Positions 50,546 through 61,260 of a stretch of DNA of 64,000 nt are shown piece after piece. The stretch comes from a virus: UHGV virus genome UHGV-0033546; one strand, given 5' to 3'. Below the pieces are notes generated by a model that did not search any database, was not told where the DNA came from, and saw only the letters and a program-made list of their open reading frames with translations. A program made the position numbers and the translations under genes. The stretch's first letter is position 1, and each line of letters starts with the position of its first letter.

Positions 50546-51232
50546 TTAAAAATCATGGGTAGAATCAGCTTCAAGAGCTACTACATAATTCGCGTGTTCA
50601 CCTTCAAATTTAGCAGCACCTTGTTTACCTTTTGCCCAGAGCAGAAGTTTATAATTTCCTGGTTGCATTTTCATATTTGCCATATTGATAATGAAATTAA
50701 ATGTATTTTCACCATCATAATCACCAAGATTCAAAGAATATTTAACACGGGTCAGAGCAGAATCTTCTACTTTATTAAAACCGTTAATTACGATTTTACC
50801 TTCTTTTACCGTGATAGCAATTGTATCAATTTGCAGACCACGAGATACACGCAACAGTTGTTGAAGGTCTTCAGCTTTAATTTCAGTAACAACAGATGCT
50901 ACCGGGAATGGAATTGGTTTATTAGGAGCAACTACTGTACTCGGATCGGCTGCTGGCCAAAAAATTGTTGAACGAGCATCAGCAATTTTAATATTTCCAT
51001 CTTCTGATTGGGAAATTTCTGCATCATCATTAACTAGGGACAGAATACCGAGAAAACCGTTCAAATCGTAAATTGCTACATCAAAATCAATAGTGTCAGA
51101 AATATTTGCTTCCGCATAAGTTGTACCATTAACTGCGCGAGTCATAATAAATTGACCAGATTTAAGCATAATACCGGAGTTAATAGTAGCGAAATTTTTC
51201 AAAATATTCAGTGTGTCTTTAGATAATTTCAT
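50546..51232 (-). CDS. 45: Sliding clamp gp45
   Basis: 228 aa; T4 gp45 length. Confidence 0.9.
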   Translation of the reverse strand: MKLSKDTLNILKNFATINSGIMLKSGQFIMTRAVNGTTYAEANISDTIDFDVAIYDLNGFLGILSLVNDDAEISQSEDGNIKIADARSTIFWPAADPSTVVAPNKPIPFPVASVVTEIKAEDLQQLLRVSRGLQIDTIAITVKEGKIVINGFNKVEDSALTRVKYSLNLGDYDGENTFNFIINMANMKMQPGNYKLLLWAKGKQGAAKFEGEHANYVVALEADSTHDF

Positions 51233-52116
51233 TTCAATTTCCTATTTACATAATAGTTAGACCAGGACCGTACAGCACCCTGATAAGATTCGTCGTTAAA
51301 CCCATTAGCTACTGCAATTTTACGAAATTTATTATAACTCGGTTTTCCGTAAGCATGCCATAAAGATTTTAATTCATCTTCATGTTCAATCCAAGTTCCT
51401 CTAGCTTTAGATTTTCTAAATTTTGATTTGAATTCCGGTGAATTATTTCTAACAGTTGCTTGAATTGAAGCTCTCTGTCTTCTTTCAGCATTATTCCATA
51501 ACTCTTTTTGAGATTTAGAAATTTTTGATTTTACACTTTCTGAATTCATTATATCACTAAACTTTTTAGCATAACTGCAATCAAGATATTTCAATTTCAT
51601 CTTATTTGAAAGTTTAAGCTTTTTCTCATCGGTCCAGTGATTCTTCATTGAATTAGATATTTTGTATTTTACGTCAGAACTATGTTTGTAACCTTTACGA
51701 ATACCAACATAATCGGGCGTAATTTCAGATTGCGAAAGCTTTACAATTTTTCCAGTTAAAACATTTTTATATGTTCCATATCCTTTAGCGCCAATTAAAG
51801 TATTTTCATCTGCGTATGCTTTATTAAAATATTTTATATTACTTTTTGCTTTAACTTTTAATTGAAAAAATCTTTCCAATTTTCTTGGATCTAATATAGT
51901 TTCAGCTAAAATTTTGACGGTATATTTAGTGGTTTTAATAAGCTCAAAATATTCATCGCTATAACTCGATGACACGCTTCCAGTATAAATCTTTCCAGCT
52001 GAATCAATTATATTTGTTCCATCGAAAATTGCGTCAATTTTCGAACCTATATAATAACATGGAAAAATATTTTTAGCTTCCCGCTCTGGAAAGCTAATAA
52101 GATATACTAAATTCAT
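51229..52116 (-). CDS. Freestanding GIY-YIG-like homing endonuclease (seg-like) with NUMOD3-like repeats
   Basis: 295 aa between 45 and rpbA; N-terminus MNLVY...YYIGSK; two K-SxEx-KIS-S-K-W repeats; paralogous to ORF at 1-234. Confidence 0.6.
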   Translation of the reverse strand: MNLVYLISFPEREAKNIFPCYYIGSKIDAIFDGTNIIDSAGKIYTGSVSSSYSDEYFELIKTTKYTVKILAETILDPRKLERFFQLKVKAKSNIKYFNKAYADENTLIGAKGYGTYKNVLTGKIVKLSQSEITPDYVGIRKGYKHSSDVKYKISNSMKNHWTDEKKLKLSNKMKLKYLDCSYAKKFSDIMNSESVKSKISKSQKELWNNAERRQRASIQATVRNNSPEFKSKFRKSKARGTWIEHEDELKSLWHAYGKPSYNKFRKIAVANGFNDESYQGAVRSWSNYYVNRKLK

Positions 52117-52502
52117 TTATTAAAATCAGCCGCAATTGTTTCTGCAACAATTTGAGCAGCGACAATTAGACGTTCATCTGCATTACCACAATAATCATCT
52201 TCAAGGCGTTCACCACATGAAGTCATAATAAATTTAGCACCGGCGTTTAAAGATTCTGTCGTATGTTTGCGCATTAGTTCAATCCATTTATTACTTACTT
52301 CACGATCGATAGCTTCATAATACGCATAACGAGCAGGTGCAGATTTAATTTTATCCTGAATAATTTCCATTGCGTTTTCAGAAAGAGACAAAACCCATGC
52401 TCGACGAATTTTATTTTGGTTTTGTGGATTTGAATCAGAACGCACGTGTTTTGGCTGAATATCTTTTACATCAACAGTATAATTCACAGTAATTTTAGTC
52501 AT
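52113..52502 (-). CDS. rpbA: RNA polymerase-binding protein RpbA
   Basis: 129 aa; T4 RpbA length and position. Confidence 0.8.
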   Translation of the reverse strand: MTKITVNYTVDVKDIQPKHVRSDSNPQNQNKIRRAWVLSLSENAMEIIQDKIKSAPARYAYYEAIDREVSNKWIELMRKHTTESLNAGAKFIMTSCGERLEDDYCGNADERLIVAAQIVAETIAADFNK

Positions 52503-52511
52503 AATACACCT

Positions 52512-52700
52512 TTAGTCATAATAATCAGTAACAGTCCAAGCTTCATTTCTGTTGGACATTATTTTCATATATTCTGCTTTAAATGCATTCTTAAGCATAG
52601 ATTCAGTAACTATATGCTCTTCATTAGAAAAATTATTTCTCAGAATATATCGTTTTATTTCAGGAATAGTTAATAGATGCTGTCCAGTTGAATATTCCAT
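52512..52700 (-). CDS. Hypothetical protein (62 aa)
   Basis: ORF downstream of middle promoter. Confidence 0.5.
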   Translation of the reverse strand: MEYSTGQHLLTIPEIKRYILRNNFSNEEHIVTESMLKNAFKAEYMKIMSNRNEAWTVTDYYD

Positions 52701-52717
52701 GTTTTTCCTCCATAGAG

Positions 52718-52743
52718 ATTATACTCTAATAAATTAAAGCATA
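52718..52743 (-). promoter_or_regulatory. MotA-dependent middle promoter
   Basis: minus strand TATGCTTTA (MotA box) -N11- TATAAT. Confidence 0.55.
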
Positions 52744-52755
52744 ATCTCTTGTAAA

Positions 52756-54438
52756 TTAAACCATTACAGTAAATCGACCAACTTTCTTCATCTGAAGATG
52801 CTGACCATATTCTTGCGGGTCATGGTCTTTATGTGAAATTATAAAAACATTAGTGTTTTTCATTGAATTTATAATATTAGCTACACCTTTAATACCTTCA
52901 GCATCAAATGACCCGTCAAACACTTCATCGAGTATTAATGTACTAATACTAACACCAGATACAATAGAAGCAATATCACGCCAAGTAAATAAAAGAGCAA
53001 TATCAATTCGCGCTTTTTCACCTTCACTAAATGAAGCATAACTAAAATCTTCACGACCACGGGATTTAATTGTTTCATTAAATTCTTCATCTAATGTAAA
53101 CACATAATCCGCTTCCATTATTTTAAGATAATGGTTAATCTGCTTATTAAATAATGGAATGTACTTTTTAATAATAGCACCTTTAATACCAGAATCTTTG
53201 AGCATATCAGTCAAAATTCCTCTGTGGTATTTTTCCATTACTAAATTAGTTTTTGTTTTAACAATTTTATCAAGTTCTTCTTGAAGCAGTGCTATTTCAT
53301 CAGCATGGTCAATAAACTCGGATGATGCTTTTTCGATAGCCGCTTTAACTTTTTTAGCTTTATCTACTGTGGTGATTAAAGACTGCTTTTTATTGCGAAT
53401 ATCATTTGCCAACGTCTGTTGGGTTTTAATATTATCTCGGTATTCATCAACGAGAACTTTTAAATTATCACGATGTGTTGAAAGCTGTTCAAACGAATGT
53501 GTGCATTCAGAAACTTTATCTTTAATTTTAGAAACAACTTTATCACCGGAACTTAATTGTGACAAACAGGTTGGACATAATCCACCTTCGTGATACATAT
53601 TAATGACTTTATTATACGAGTCAATTTTTGATTTAATTAAAAATGCTTCTTGACCGATTTTATTAAATGCATCAGTCGGGTCTTCATCCAAAACAATATT
53701 AACTAATCTTTCATTAGCTTCTTCTATTTCCGATTTTAGTGTTCTAGCTTCTTTTGCCAAATCATCATACATATTCTGTAGACGAGTAAGATTATCACCA
53801 GTTAATTTTTTCTGGCGTTCAACATTATCGTTATATATTTTAATTTGTTGGATAATACTGTCTTTTTTAACATCAAGCACTTGGTTCTGCGAATTTAATT
53901 CACGTATTAGTGCTTTATTAAGCTTATCCATTTCAGCTAATGTTCCTACCTCAAGCAGGTCTTCCACAAGCTTTCTTCGCGCAGGGGTCGACAAACCCAT
54001 GAAAGGGGTATACCCTGCTGTACCAAGGACAACAATCTGCTTGAAACTGGCATATGACATTCCGATAAGCTGTTCAAATTCTGCTTGGAAATCTTTACTG
54101 CTGGCAGATTCATTAAGACGTGTACCGTTAACGGTGATTTCGAAAACGTTTGGTTTTTGTCCTCTTTTGATATAGTACTTTTTCTCATCATATTCCATCC
54201 ACAATTCAACTAAAAGTTCTTTCTTATTTGTGCTGTTTATTAATTGGCCTTTCTTTACATCACGAAATGGCTTGCCAAAAAGCCCAAATGTGATGGCTTC
54301 TAACATAGTAGACTTACCACCGCCATTTCGTCCAGTAATAAGAGTTTTTTGAACCTTATCTAATTGAATGTCAACTCCATTTTGACCAACTGACATTATA
54401 TTTTTATATTTTACTCTATTAAGTTTAAATGATTTCAT
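52756..54438 (-). CDS. 46: Recombination endonuclease subunit gp46 (Rad50/SbcC-like)
   Basis: 560 aa; Walker A GRNGGGKST; T4 gp46 length. Confidence 0.95.
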   Translation of the reverse strand: MKSFKLNRVKYKNIMSVGQNGVDIQLDKVQKTLITGRNGGGKSTMLEAITFGLFGKPFRDVKKGQLINSTNKKELLVELWMEYDEKKYYIKRGQKPNVFEITVNGTRLNESASSKDFQAEFEQLIGMSYASFKQIVVLGTAGYTPFMGLSTPARRKLVEDLLEVGTLAEMDKLNKALIRELNSQNQVLDVKKDSIIQQIKIYNDNVERQKKLTGDNLTRLQNMYDDLAKEARTLKSEIEEANERLVNIVLDEDPTDAFNKIGQEAFLIKSKIDSYNKVINMYHEGGLCPTCLSQLSSGDKVVSKIKDKVSECTHSFEQLSTHRDNLKVLVDEYRDNIKTQQTLANDIRNKKQSLITTVDKAKKVKAAIEKASSEFIDHADEIALLQEELDKIVKTKTNLVMEKYHRGILTDMLKDSGIKGAIIKKYIPLFNKQINHYLKIMEADYVFTLDEEFNETIKSRGREDFSYASFSEGEKARIDIALLFTWRDIASIVSGVSISTLILDEVFDGSFDAEGIKGVANIINSMKNTNVFIISHKDHDPQEYGQHLQMKKVGRFTVMV

Positions 54439-54453
54439 TTTGTATCCAATTGT

Positions 54454-55308
54454 TCACAATGAAGAAAATTCTTTAACTAAAGCCTGTAATGAAGCCTCTA
54501 TTGGATATCCATTCTTAACTAACATTTTCCTAAACATCACATGTTTAGGACGATTATATGATATCCACAATTCATACAATTTATCTTTATTATCCCAATG
54601 ATAGCCTTTTCGTCGAGATGCTATATGAGCTTTTCTAATCTCCGGATTTTTCCAACTAGCAGCTACTGAATTTAATATAGCTATTTTATATTCAGGTTTT
54701 GATAAAGCAGCACGAACAGCCTTTTGGTGTTTAATTTTATTTTCTTCGTTATTAAACCATTCCCTTGAAGCCATTGAAATTTTTTGTTTTGTTTTAAAAT
54801 TATTTAATCTTTCTTTGTTATCTTTCCTATTTTTTGCTACTGAAAAATATTTTAATGCCCTTTCTCTAGCAACATTTCTATTTTGTGGATTTGAATAATA
54901 CTGTTGAAGCCTTTTTGATATTGTGTCACTTACATCCTGTCTTATAAAACTATATTCAGCAGCTATTAAATCAACTTCGGCTAAAGATAAATTTTTATAT
55001 GTTTTTCCTGACATCATTCTATTTAAAGCATTTAGCATTTTTCCATTTTTACCTTTTGCTAATAAGAAATGTGCTTTGAAATGATTAAAATGACTTAAAT
55101 TAACTAAATTCCATGTAGATTTTAAATATTCAGGAAATATTGATTTAGGAAGCACGTGGTGTGCTTCCGTTTTACCTGGAGTTTTAACAGTTGAATTCAT
55201 AGAAATAAAATTAATATAAGACTTGGCGTCTTCTTCACTCAACGCTAATTTTTCAACTAATTCCTTTATTAAAAATTCATCATTAATATCAAGTTTAAAA
55301 TTCTTCAC
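54454..55308 (-). CDS. Freestanding HNH homing endonuclease (mob-like)
   Basis: 284 aa between 47 and 46; HNH motif AHHVLPKS...NLVNLSHFNHFKAH; NUMOD-like basic repeats. Confidence 0.65.
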   Translation of the reverse strand: MKNFKLDINDEFLIKELVEKLALSEEDAKSYINFISMNSTVKTPGKTEAHHVLPKSIFPEYLKSTWNLVNLSHFNHFKAHFLLAKGKNGKMLNALNRMMSGKTYKNLSLAEVDLIAAEYSFIRQDVSDTISKRLQQYYSNPQNRNVARERALKYFSVAKNRKDNKERLNNFKTKQKISMASREWFNNEENKIKHQKAVRAALSKPEYKIAILNSVAASWKNPEIRKAHIASRRKGYHWDNKDKLYELWISYNRPKHVMFRKMLVKNGYPIEASLQALVKEFSSL

Positions 55309-55520
55309 AAAAGATTCCTTTTAATGTATCTTTTAGACCATTCTATCATATCATCATAATCTAAAAAGTATTCATCAAATTCAGCCATGCAAACAACACC
55401 TTGTGCTGCTTTTGATGTGATATAAATTATTCCAACATATCTAGAATCTTCTTCGGTGTAATCAATATTTGCTATGAATTCATCATTAATGTCAAATGTC
55501 GAAAACTTCACAGTATGCAT
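55305..55520 (-). CDS. Hypothetical protein (71 aa)
   Basis: ORF-track 87 aa trimmed to MHTVKF to reduce overlap. Confidence 0.4.
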   Translation of the reverse strand: MHTVKFSTFDINDEFIANIDYTEEDSRYVGIIYITSKAAQGVVCMAEFDEYFLDYDDMIEWSKRYIKRNLL

Positions 55521-55755
55521 CCTTAATACAAGATATGGCTGTATCTTGTATTGATTTAGGTGTGTCATTATCTAAAATGTTGAAGTTAAAAGATACAGCC
55601 CAGTCAGTGCAGACCGTAACCTTTTTAATACAGTTATCTTCAACTTCTAGTGGTTCAAACCAGTATTCAATAATTTCTTTATGACCAATATCATCTTTTA
55701 CTTCGCATTCAAAATGCTGACTCATCATAACATTTTTAAATTCATCAAAAGTCAT
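55492..55755 (-). CDS. Hypothetical protein (87 aa)
   Basis: ATGA overlap with gene 47 stop. Confidence 0.5.
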   Translation of the reverse strand: MTFDEFKNVMMSQHFECEVKDDIGHKEIIEYWFEPLEVEDNCIKKVTVCTDWAVSFNFNILDNDTPKSIQDTAISCIKDAYCEVFDI

Positions 55756-56771
55756 TGTGTTGCCTCTACATATAACTGATTTGCATATTGAATAAGTGCT
55801 TCGCGATCAGAATCAGTGATGTCTGGAATTGCATTAATGTATTCTTCCATCAATGTCTGGAGAGATTGAACTTCAACTTCTTCACTATCATCTGACTCGA
55901 CAGAGTTATCAATCTTTGACACAACTCGTAACGAATGCACAACTTTTTCTAGTTCGGATTCGAACTTCGTTAGATTTTTGTCTACTTCAGTTACTATAAC
56001 ACGTACTGATAGATTTGTAAAATCTTTATAGTCAATTTTCCCCTTAAATGGATATTGAATTCGACGATGCCAGGTGGTGTTGTTTGGAATAAATTCCATT
56101 CGTTCTGTTTCTGTATCAAACATCCAGAACCCGCGAGGGTCATTCTCGTCACCTGCAGTTAGTGTCCATGGTGTCCCAATATATCTGACGTTAGCAGCCT
56201 CAGAGATAGTATGGAAGTGACCAGACCACACCTCTTTATAAGTCTTAAGGAAATCAGGTTCAAGACCGTGAGATTTCATTCCTTTATAAAAATAAAATCC
56301 ATTCAGTTCCCAGTGACCGACACAAAAAGAAGCAGATGAAGTTTTGATATGCTCAAGAATTTCACCAGTATTTTCTTCGCACATCCAGGGAATTAAATCA
56401 ATCAAACATCCGTCAAAATCTACTGTGGTAGGCTTATCATATACTTTAACATTAGGATATTTAGCCAAAAGCTCAGTAGAAGCATTTGGATGCATTACAT
56501 TTTTGTAGTGGAGATCGTGATTTCCTACAATAGTATGTAGGGTAATACCAGCATCATCAAGCATTTGAACTATTTCACGAGCGAACTCCATAGTTTTATG
56601 TGTGATTGCTTTTCGCACATCAAAAATATCGCCATATTGAATCCATGTAGTAATTCCATTTTTCTTAGAATATTCTATCGCTTGTTTAATTCCATCAATT
56701 TGAATACCGCGAATCCACTCATCATCAGCTTTAACACCTAAATGCCAATCACCTAAATTTAAAATTTTCAT
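55752..56771 (-). CDS. 47: Recombination nuclease subunit gp47 (Mre11/SbcD-like)
   Basis: 339 aa; phosphoesterase motifs (GDWH, GNHD); T4 gp47 length. Confidence 0.95.
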   Translation of the reverse strand: MKILNLGDWHLGVKADDEWIRGIQIDGIKQAIEYSKKNGITTWIQYGDIFDVRKAITHKTMEFAREIVQMLDDAGITLHTIVGNHDLHYKNVMHPNASTELLAKYPNVKVYDKPTTVDFDGCLIDLIPWMCEENTGEILEHIKTSSASFCVGHWELNGFYFYKGMKSHGLEPDFLKTYKEVWSGHFHTISEAANVRYIGTPWTLTAGDENDPRGFWMFDTETERMEFIPNNTTWHRRIQYPFKGKIDYKDFTNLSVRVIVTEVDKNLTKFESELEKVVHSLRVVSKIDNSVESDDSEEVEVQSLQTLMEEYINAIPDITDSDREALIQYANQLYVEATQ

Positions 56772-56908
56772 ATGTCAAGAACCGTCATTGAAATGCAAAA
56801 TAAAATTATTGAAATAAACCCATCTGGTGTGCTAAAGAACCCAATCCAACATGCTCTAGTGAATAAATAAAACGCGAGAAAAAGTATCACATATCCAAGA
56901 AATATCAT
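56768..56908 (-). CDS. Small membrane protein (46 aa)
   Basis: MIFLGYVILFLAFYLFTRACWIGFF...; stop overlaps gene 47 start. Confidence 0.4.
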   Translation of the reverse strand: MIFLGYVILFLAFYLFTRACWIGFFSTPDGFISIILFCISMTVLDI

Positions 56909-56947
56909 TATATCAAACTCCGTATAAAGCTAAAGGGCCGAAGCCCT

Positions 56948-58150
56948 TTATTTTGTAATAATGTCAAACTGTTCTTTAAAGCAGAAGCTTGAATCTTGAT
57001 GCTGATACAAAAATTCATAAGCTTTTTCTCGCTCACGGTCATAAAGAGCTCGGTCAGATGACAGTTCTTTAATACGCTCGAATGTCGATTCCATGTCATT
57101 TTCGTCAAACCAAACGATACCGCTATCATGAGAAATTAACGGAGTATTATCAACACGGAATTTTAAATTTTCGCCAGTAGATTTCCAAAATACCGGAATT
57201 GTTCCACACGCTCCAAGCTCGAGATGAGTATATTCTAAAGAACGTTGTAGATATTTTTTGTCCAACTTACTCAACTGATAACCAAAACCGGATTTACTCA
57301 TGCGTTCAAGCATTTCGCTATTTACATAACGATCAAGAATTTGCGTTGGCAAATTAGGAGCAATTTTAATTTGGTCTACTTGATGAAGACGATAATACTC
57401 GTATGGAATTCCTTTTTCTTTAATAGGAATGAACGCTGGAGAACGTTCCAGACCTTCCATAATAGTACTTAGCCCAGCAGGTTTAAGATGTTTTTCGTGG
57501 AAATCAAACATCTGATAAAAACCTTTCCATGTAGTCGTACGACCAATCCAACGATTGACATTCATGTTAATTTTAGAAACATCTTTCCAGTAGGTTGATC
57601 GAACCTTCGCAATATCCATAGGAGGCTGAAAGTTGTATACAGTCGGTGCTTCTTCAATATCATCAAACAGAGAAACCGTTTCTGGATACCATTCTTTCAT
57701 CAAAACTTTATTAAAATCGCCATTATCAGAATGACTAAAAATAACATCAGCTCGACGAACAGTTTCTTCTAATCCCAAATTTCGACGCAAAGAAAGAGAA
57801 GAATGGTCATGTTGATAAACTACAACACGAACCGAAGGTTTAATGTTATCAATAATTTTTTTATAGTTATTAATAGTGTCTTCTTCGACTGAAGTAGCAG
57901 GAACTGAATTGATAATTAGAATATCACAATCATTTACCAGCTTAAGCGTTTTATCATATTCTTTTGCCAATAAAACCGGAATTGAAAATGATTTATAATC
58001 ATGTGCGCAATTACGAGTAAATGATTTATCTTTAGCATAAACCAAAGTTACTTCATGACCATTTTTAATAAACCAATCACGTTGCTCGAGAGAAAATTTA
58101 GTTACACCACAACCTTCAAGACCCCGAGCCATAAAAATACATACTTTCAT
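56948..58150 (-). CDS. agt: DNA alpha-glucosyltransferase
   Basis: 400 aa; near-identical to T4 alpha-gt as I recall it. Confidence 0.95.
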   Translation of the reverse strand: MKVCIFMARGLEGCGVTKFSLEQRDWFIKNGHEVTLVYAKDKSFTRNCAHDYKSFSIPVLLAKEYDKTLKLVNDCDILIINSVPATSVEEDTINNYKKIIDNIKPSVRVVVYQHDHSSLSLRRNLGLEETVRRADVIFSHSDNGDFNKVLMKEWYPETVSLFDDIEEAPTVYNFQPPMDIAKVRSTYWKDVSKINMNVNRWIGRTTTWKGFYQMFDFHEKHLKPAGLSTIMEGLERSPAFIPIKEKGIPYEYYRLHQVDQIKIAPNLPTQILDRYVNSEMLERMSKSGFGYQLSKLDKKYLQRSLEYTHLELGACGTIPVFWKSTGENLKFRVDNTPLISHDSGIVWFDENDMESTFERIKELSSDRALYDREREKAYEFLYQHQDSSFCFKEQFDIITK

Positions 58151-58393
58151 TTAATATCCTCATTGTTTTGGTTTATTTTACCAAAAATTTATAAAGCAAT
58201 ATAGGAGCCGAAGCTCCTATCCACATAATACACCATACAGAGGCTCATTAGAGCTTCTAAATTTTATACGCTTATATGTTATAGTTCCTTCTGCTTTAGC
58301 TTTATCATGAGACTCTTTAAAGCGTCTCATCATTTCTACTTTAGAGGAACGAATTTTATTATAATCTATTTCACAAGTCTGGGCGTTCATCTT

Positions 58394-58600
58394 TCACAGC
58401 TGCCACCATTTTTTGACTTGATAAGAATCAACCCACACTTTCATATTAGGGTCTGCTCTTACAATAGGAGGATTAACTTCTTTAATTGAACTATCATGGT
58501 ATTCTTTTTCAGAAATTTTCACACAAAGATGACCGTTCAAAGATTCAGTAAATCCTGCATTAATTTTAAGACGCTTGAATTTTACGTGTGTAAGCATCAA
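58394..58600 (-). CDS. Hypothetical protein (68 aa)
   Basis: ORF; overlaps upstream ORF by 35 nt. Confidence 0.4.
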   Translation of the reverse strand: MMLTHVKFKRLKINAGFTESLNGHLCVKISEKEYHDSSIKEVNPPIVRADPNMKVWVDSYQVKKWWQL

Positions 58601-58883
58601 TCATATCCTCAATCTGCGATCTAGTAGTCTTCCAAAGAATACTAATGAGTTCATCGTTATATGGCTGTTTTAGAATATCCCGACTTTTCTTGATAGCATA
58701 TTCGTATTGAGCAAAATTATTATTTTCAGCTGCGATCTGAGCGTGCTTATAAAGACGGTTCAGTTCGCGTTTGTTTTTAGACAATAACTTATTTGCTTTT
58801 CTTTCTGCTTCAAGACGGTTCTTTTCTTCAATAGAAGAAATAAGCTTTTCCACTTCATCATTAATTTCGGGTTTATCAGTCAT
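58566..58883 (-). CDS. Hypothetical protein (105 aa)
   Basis: ORF. Confidence 0.5.
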   Translation of the reverse strand: MTDKPEINDEVEKLISSIEEKNRLEAERKANKLLSKNKRELNRLYKHAQIAAENNNFAQYEYAIKKSRDILKQPYNDELISILWKTTRSQIEDMIDAYTRKIQAS

Positions 58884-58884
58884 A

Positions 58885-59103
58885 TTATTTCTCTAATATA
58901 AAATAAAAATCATCATCTGTTAAATGATACCGATAGTTTAATTCTACACCATTAGATTTAAAAGCGGTATCATACGGATTTTCTGGGTCAATATCAATGT
59001 CAAGAGCTAAAACTTCCCTGAGATACATTTTAAGTAAATAGGGAATAGCTTCAACTTCAGGTATTTCTTCCAAGAATCCGGAGAGGTTAATCGTTAGCCT
59101 CAT
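58885..59103 (-). CDS. Hypothetical protein (72 aa)
   Basis: ORF overlapping gene 55 3' end. Confidence 0.5.
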
Positions 59104-59644
59104 ATAAAAAATCCAAACTAGGAGAATCGTCTACAACACTTTTCTTTTCAGCCCCCGGTGTTCTATAGGTTGATTCTTCGTAATGCGTCATTTTATCGTA
59201 GATGTCTTGAATAAAAGTTTCATCTACTAACGCAACCATATCGTCGTCACGACTGTCATAGACATTGTGAACGAAGTAACTATATTTCTTTGCAACTTCC
59301 TTACGTTCTTTTTTAATACGTTGGACGAATGCATTAAAACAAGCTTGAGTTATATATGCATGTGGGTTTTTATATTTCGTTTCATCAAAATTATGAAGTC
59401 CCTTAATAGAAGCTTCTATACCATCTGCAATCATTTCTTGTTTCCAAGATTGGGTGTATCCTGAAAAGTTGAAACGTTTAGATAAGCCTTCTGCAATAAG
59501 CATAATGGCTAATCCAATAGTATCATTCTGACGAACTACTTTATTTGGGTCTTTATTATTTGCTAATTCTGTTTTCCAATCAATAATAGCTTGTAAAAGC
59601 TCTTTATTGTTTACGTAATTATATTTAGGCTTAGTTTCTGACAT
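59087..59644 (-). CDS. 55: Late-transcription sigma factor gp55
   Basis: start at MSETKPKY gives 185 aa as T4 gp55. Confidence 0.9.
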
Positions 59645-59722
59645 TTTCACCTCTTAGCTCAATTCATAGATCTATTATATCATAATATTTGAAGATCTAT
59701 CTTAAAGCATAGAGGATATCAG

Positions 59723-59992
59723 TTATCTAAGTAAACAGTATGCTTGGAACACTTTCTCCATCATCTTTTTAAATTCATGAATATCTATGTAATGACTAGT
59801 TAAATCAGCATGATATAAAAAGTCTAAAAACTTTTCATGTGTGCTAACATATTCACTTTCATTTAATTCAGAAACATGACTTTCCCAATATCCAACACCA
59901 GTCTTATTTGGGAAAAATGAAATTTTCATGTATTGATCAACATAGAAAATGCCATAATTTTCAATAGTAATAGAAATATTAATAAATTTCAT
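59723..59992 (-). CDS. Hypothetical protein (89 aa)
   Basis: ORF. Confidence 0.5.
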   Translation of the reverse strand: MKFINISITIENYGIFYVDQYMKISFFPNKTGVGYWESHVSELNESEYVSTHEKFLDFLYHADLTSHYIDIHEFKKMMEKVFQAYCLLR

Positions 59993-60210
59993 GCATTCAT
60001 CAACTTAGCCGCTTCAAGAGCTGCATCTAGTGAATCAAATTGGTCAACGTATTCAATCAATTCGCCATAATTAGCGTATAACCACCATTGACTAAATTCA
60101 TACTCAAGGATGAATCCGTTTCCTTCAATTTGAGTTAAACCAATGCCATTTGTATTTACTTCATATCCGGCAAGACGCAAATCGTTAATAAGAGCTTCGT
60201 TCATATTCAT
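59989..60210 (-). CDS. Hypothetical protein (73 aa)
   Basis: ORF. Confidence 0.5.
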   Translation of the reverse strand: MNMNEALINDLRLAGYEVNTNGIGLTQIEGNGFILEYEFSQWWLYANYGELIEYVDQFDSLDAALEAAKLMNA

Positions 60211-60533
60211 ACCTTAGCAATTTTCAGGTCAGCAAATTTTTTCTTGCGTTGATTTTTCATACGACGAATAGTTTTATCGGAAATTTCATGCTTTTGATAA
60301 GCTTTAGATTCTACGCCAAAAGCTTTAACATCAAATTCTGACAAGATATATTGAACCAACAATTCACGGACAGTATTTCGTCCAATCTTCTGATCATTCT
60401 GTTTCATCGTCTGATGAAGCTCTTTTTCCCATTTATCCAAAATTTGAGGAGTTACAATATCGCCTTTTTCTAGCAAAGAAACTACTTTATCATATGCGTA
60501 AGAATTGATGGCGTTTTTAATTTGAATAGTCAT
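60207..60533 (-). CDS. Hypothetical protein (108 aa)
   Basis: ORF. Confidence 0.5.
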   Translation of the reverse strand: MTIQIKNAINSYAYDKVVSLLEKGDIVTPQILDKWEKELHQTMKQNDQKIGRNTVRELLVQYILSEFDVKAFGVESKAYQKHEISDKTIRRMKNQRKKKFADLKIAKV

Positions 60534-60585
60534 ACATTATCCTCAATTACATTAAAATTTTATTATCCAAAAAGGGCCGAAGCCC

Positions 60586-60786
60586 TTAACTAAACTGTTT
60601 GGCACCCTTCCAGCCTTCATACATCATTGCGGCTGATATTAATATTGCTCCTGAGCAACTTGAATATTTGTGATTCCAAAACCAATTTAGAAAAACTTCG
60701 TCATCAATACCTTGGGCTATCATATTTTCAAAGAACTGACGACGAGCTTCAGCAATTCGTTGCGATAATTTAGATTCAGGATTCAT
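60586..60786 (-). CDS. Hypothetical protein (66 aa)
   Basis: ORF. Confidence 0.5.
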   Translation of the reverse strand: MNPESKLSQRIAEARRQFFENMIAQGIDDEVFLNWFWNHKYSSCSGAILISAAMMYEGWKGAKQFS

Positions 60787-60925
60787 TTAAATTTTCCAGT
60801 TACCATTTTCATCAATAAATTTAATCCAGTCATTTACTGACCACTTGGTCGTATCGCTTTTTGGAGTAACATTTAAAGTATATAACCCTTGTTTAAAAAG
60901 CATTCGTTTGATATTCATATTTTCC

Positions 60926-61219
60926 TCAGCTGTAACGATAACACTCATTTGATTTACGTTTAGCAACTCGTTGAGAAGTATTATAATCAAAATCATCGTC
61001 AATGTAAACAGATTTTTTCAATTTTCTTACTTCACCACGTAATTGACGATTTAGCTCATCTTTAACTTCTGAATCGATGCCTTTCATTCTACGCCATTTA
61101 TCTGAGCGAAAAATGTTTTCAACCATATCTTTATGACTTACACCATCAGGAGCTTTACGCTTTCCAAAATAGTCATAATCACGAACTTTTAAGTCTTTAC
61201 GACGATACGTTTTACCCAT
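60926..61219 (-). CDS. Hypothetical basic protein (97 aa)
   Basis: ORF-track 110 aa trimmed to MGKTYRRK. Confidence 0.45.
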   Translation of the reverse strand: MGKTYRRKDLKVRDYDYFGKRKAPDGVSHKDMVENIFRSDKWRRMKGIDSEVKDELNRQLRGEVRKLKKSVYIDDDFDYNTSQRVAKRKSNECYRYS

Positions 61220-61260
61220 GGAGTTTAATTTCCTTAGCAACTGAACTAAATACAGCACGA

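Noticed and set aside
56908-57129. 73-aa minus-strand ORF overlapping the agt 3' end
   Set aside because: Alternative frame of the well-supported alpha-glucosyltransferase gene.
58307-58489. 60-aa plus-strand ORF
   Set aside because: Lies in a minus-strand transcription unit, overlaps a minus-strand ORF, low-complexity product.
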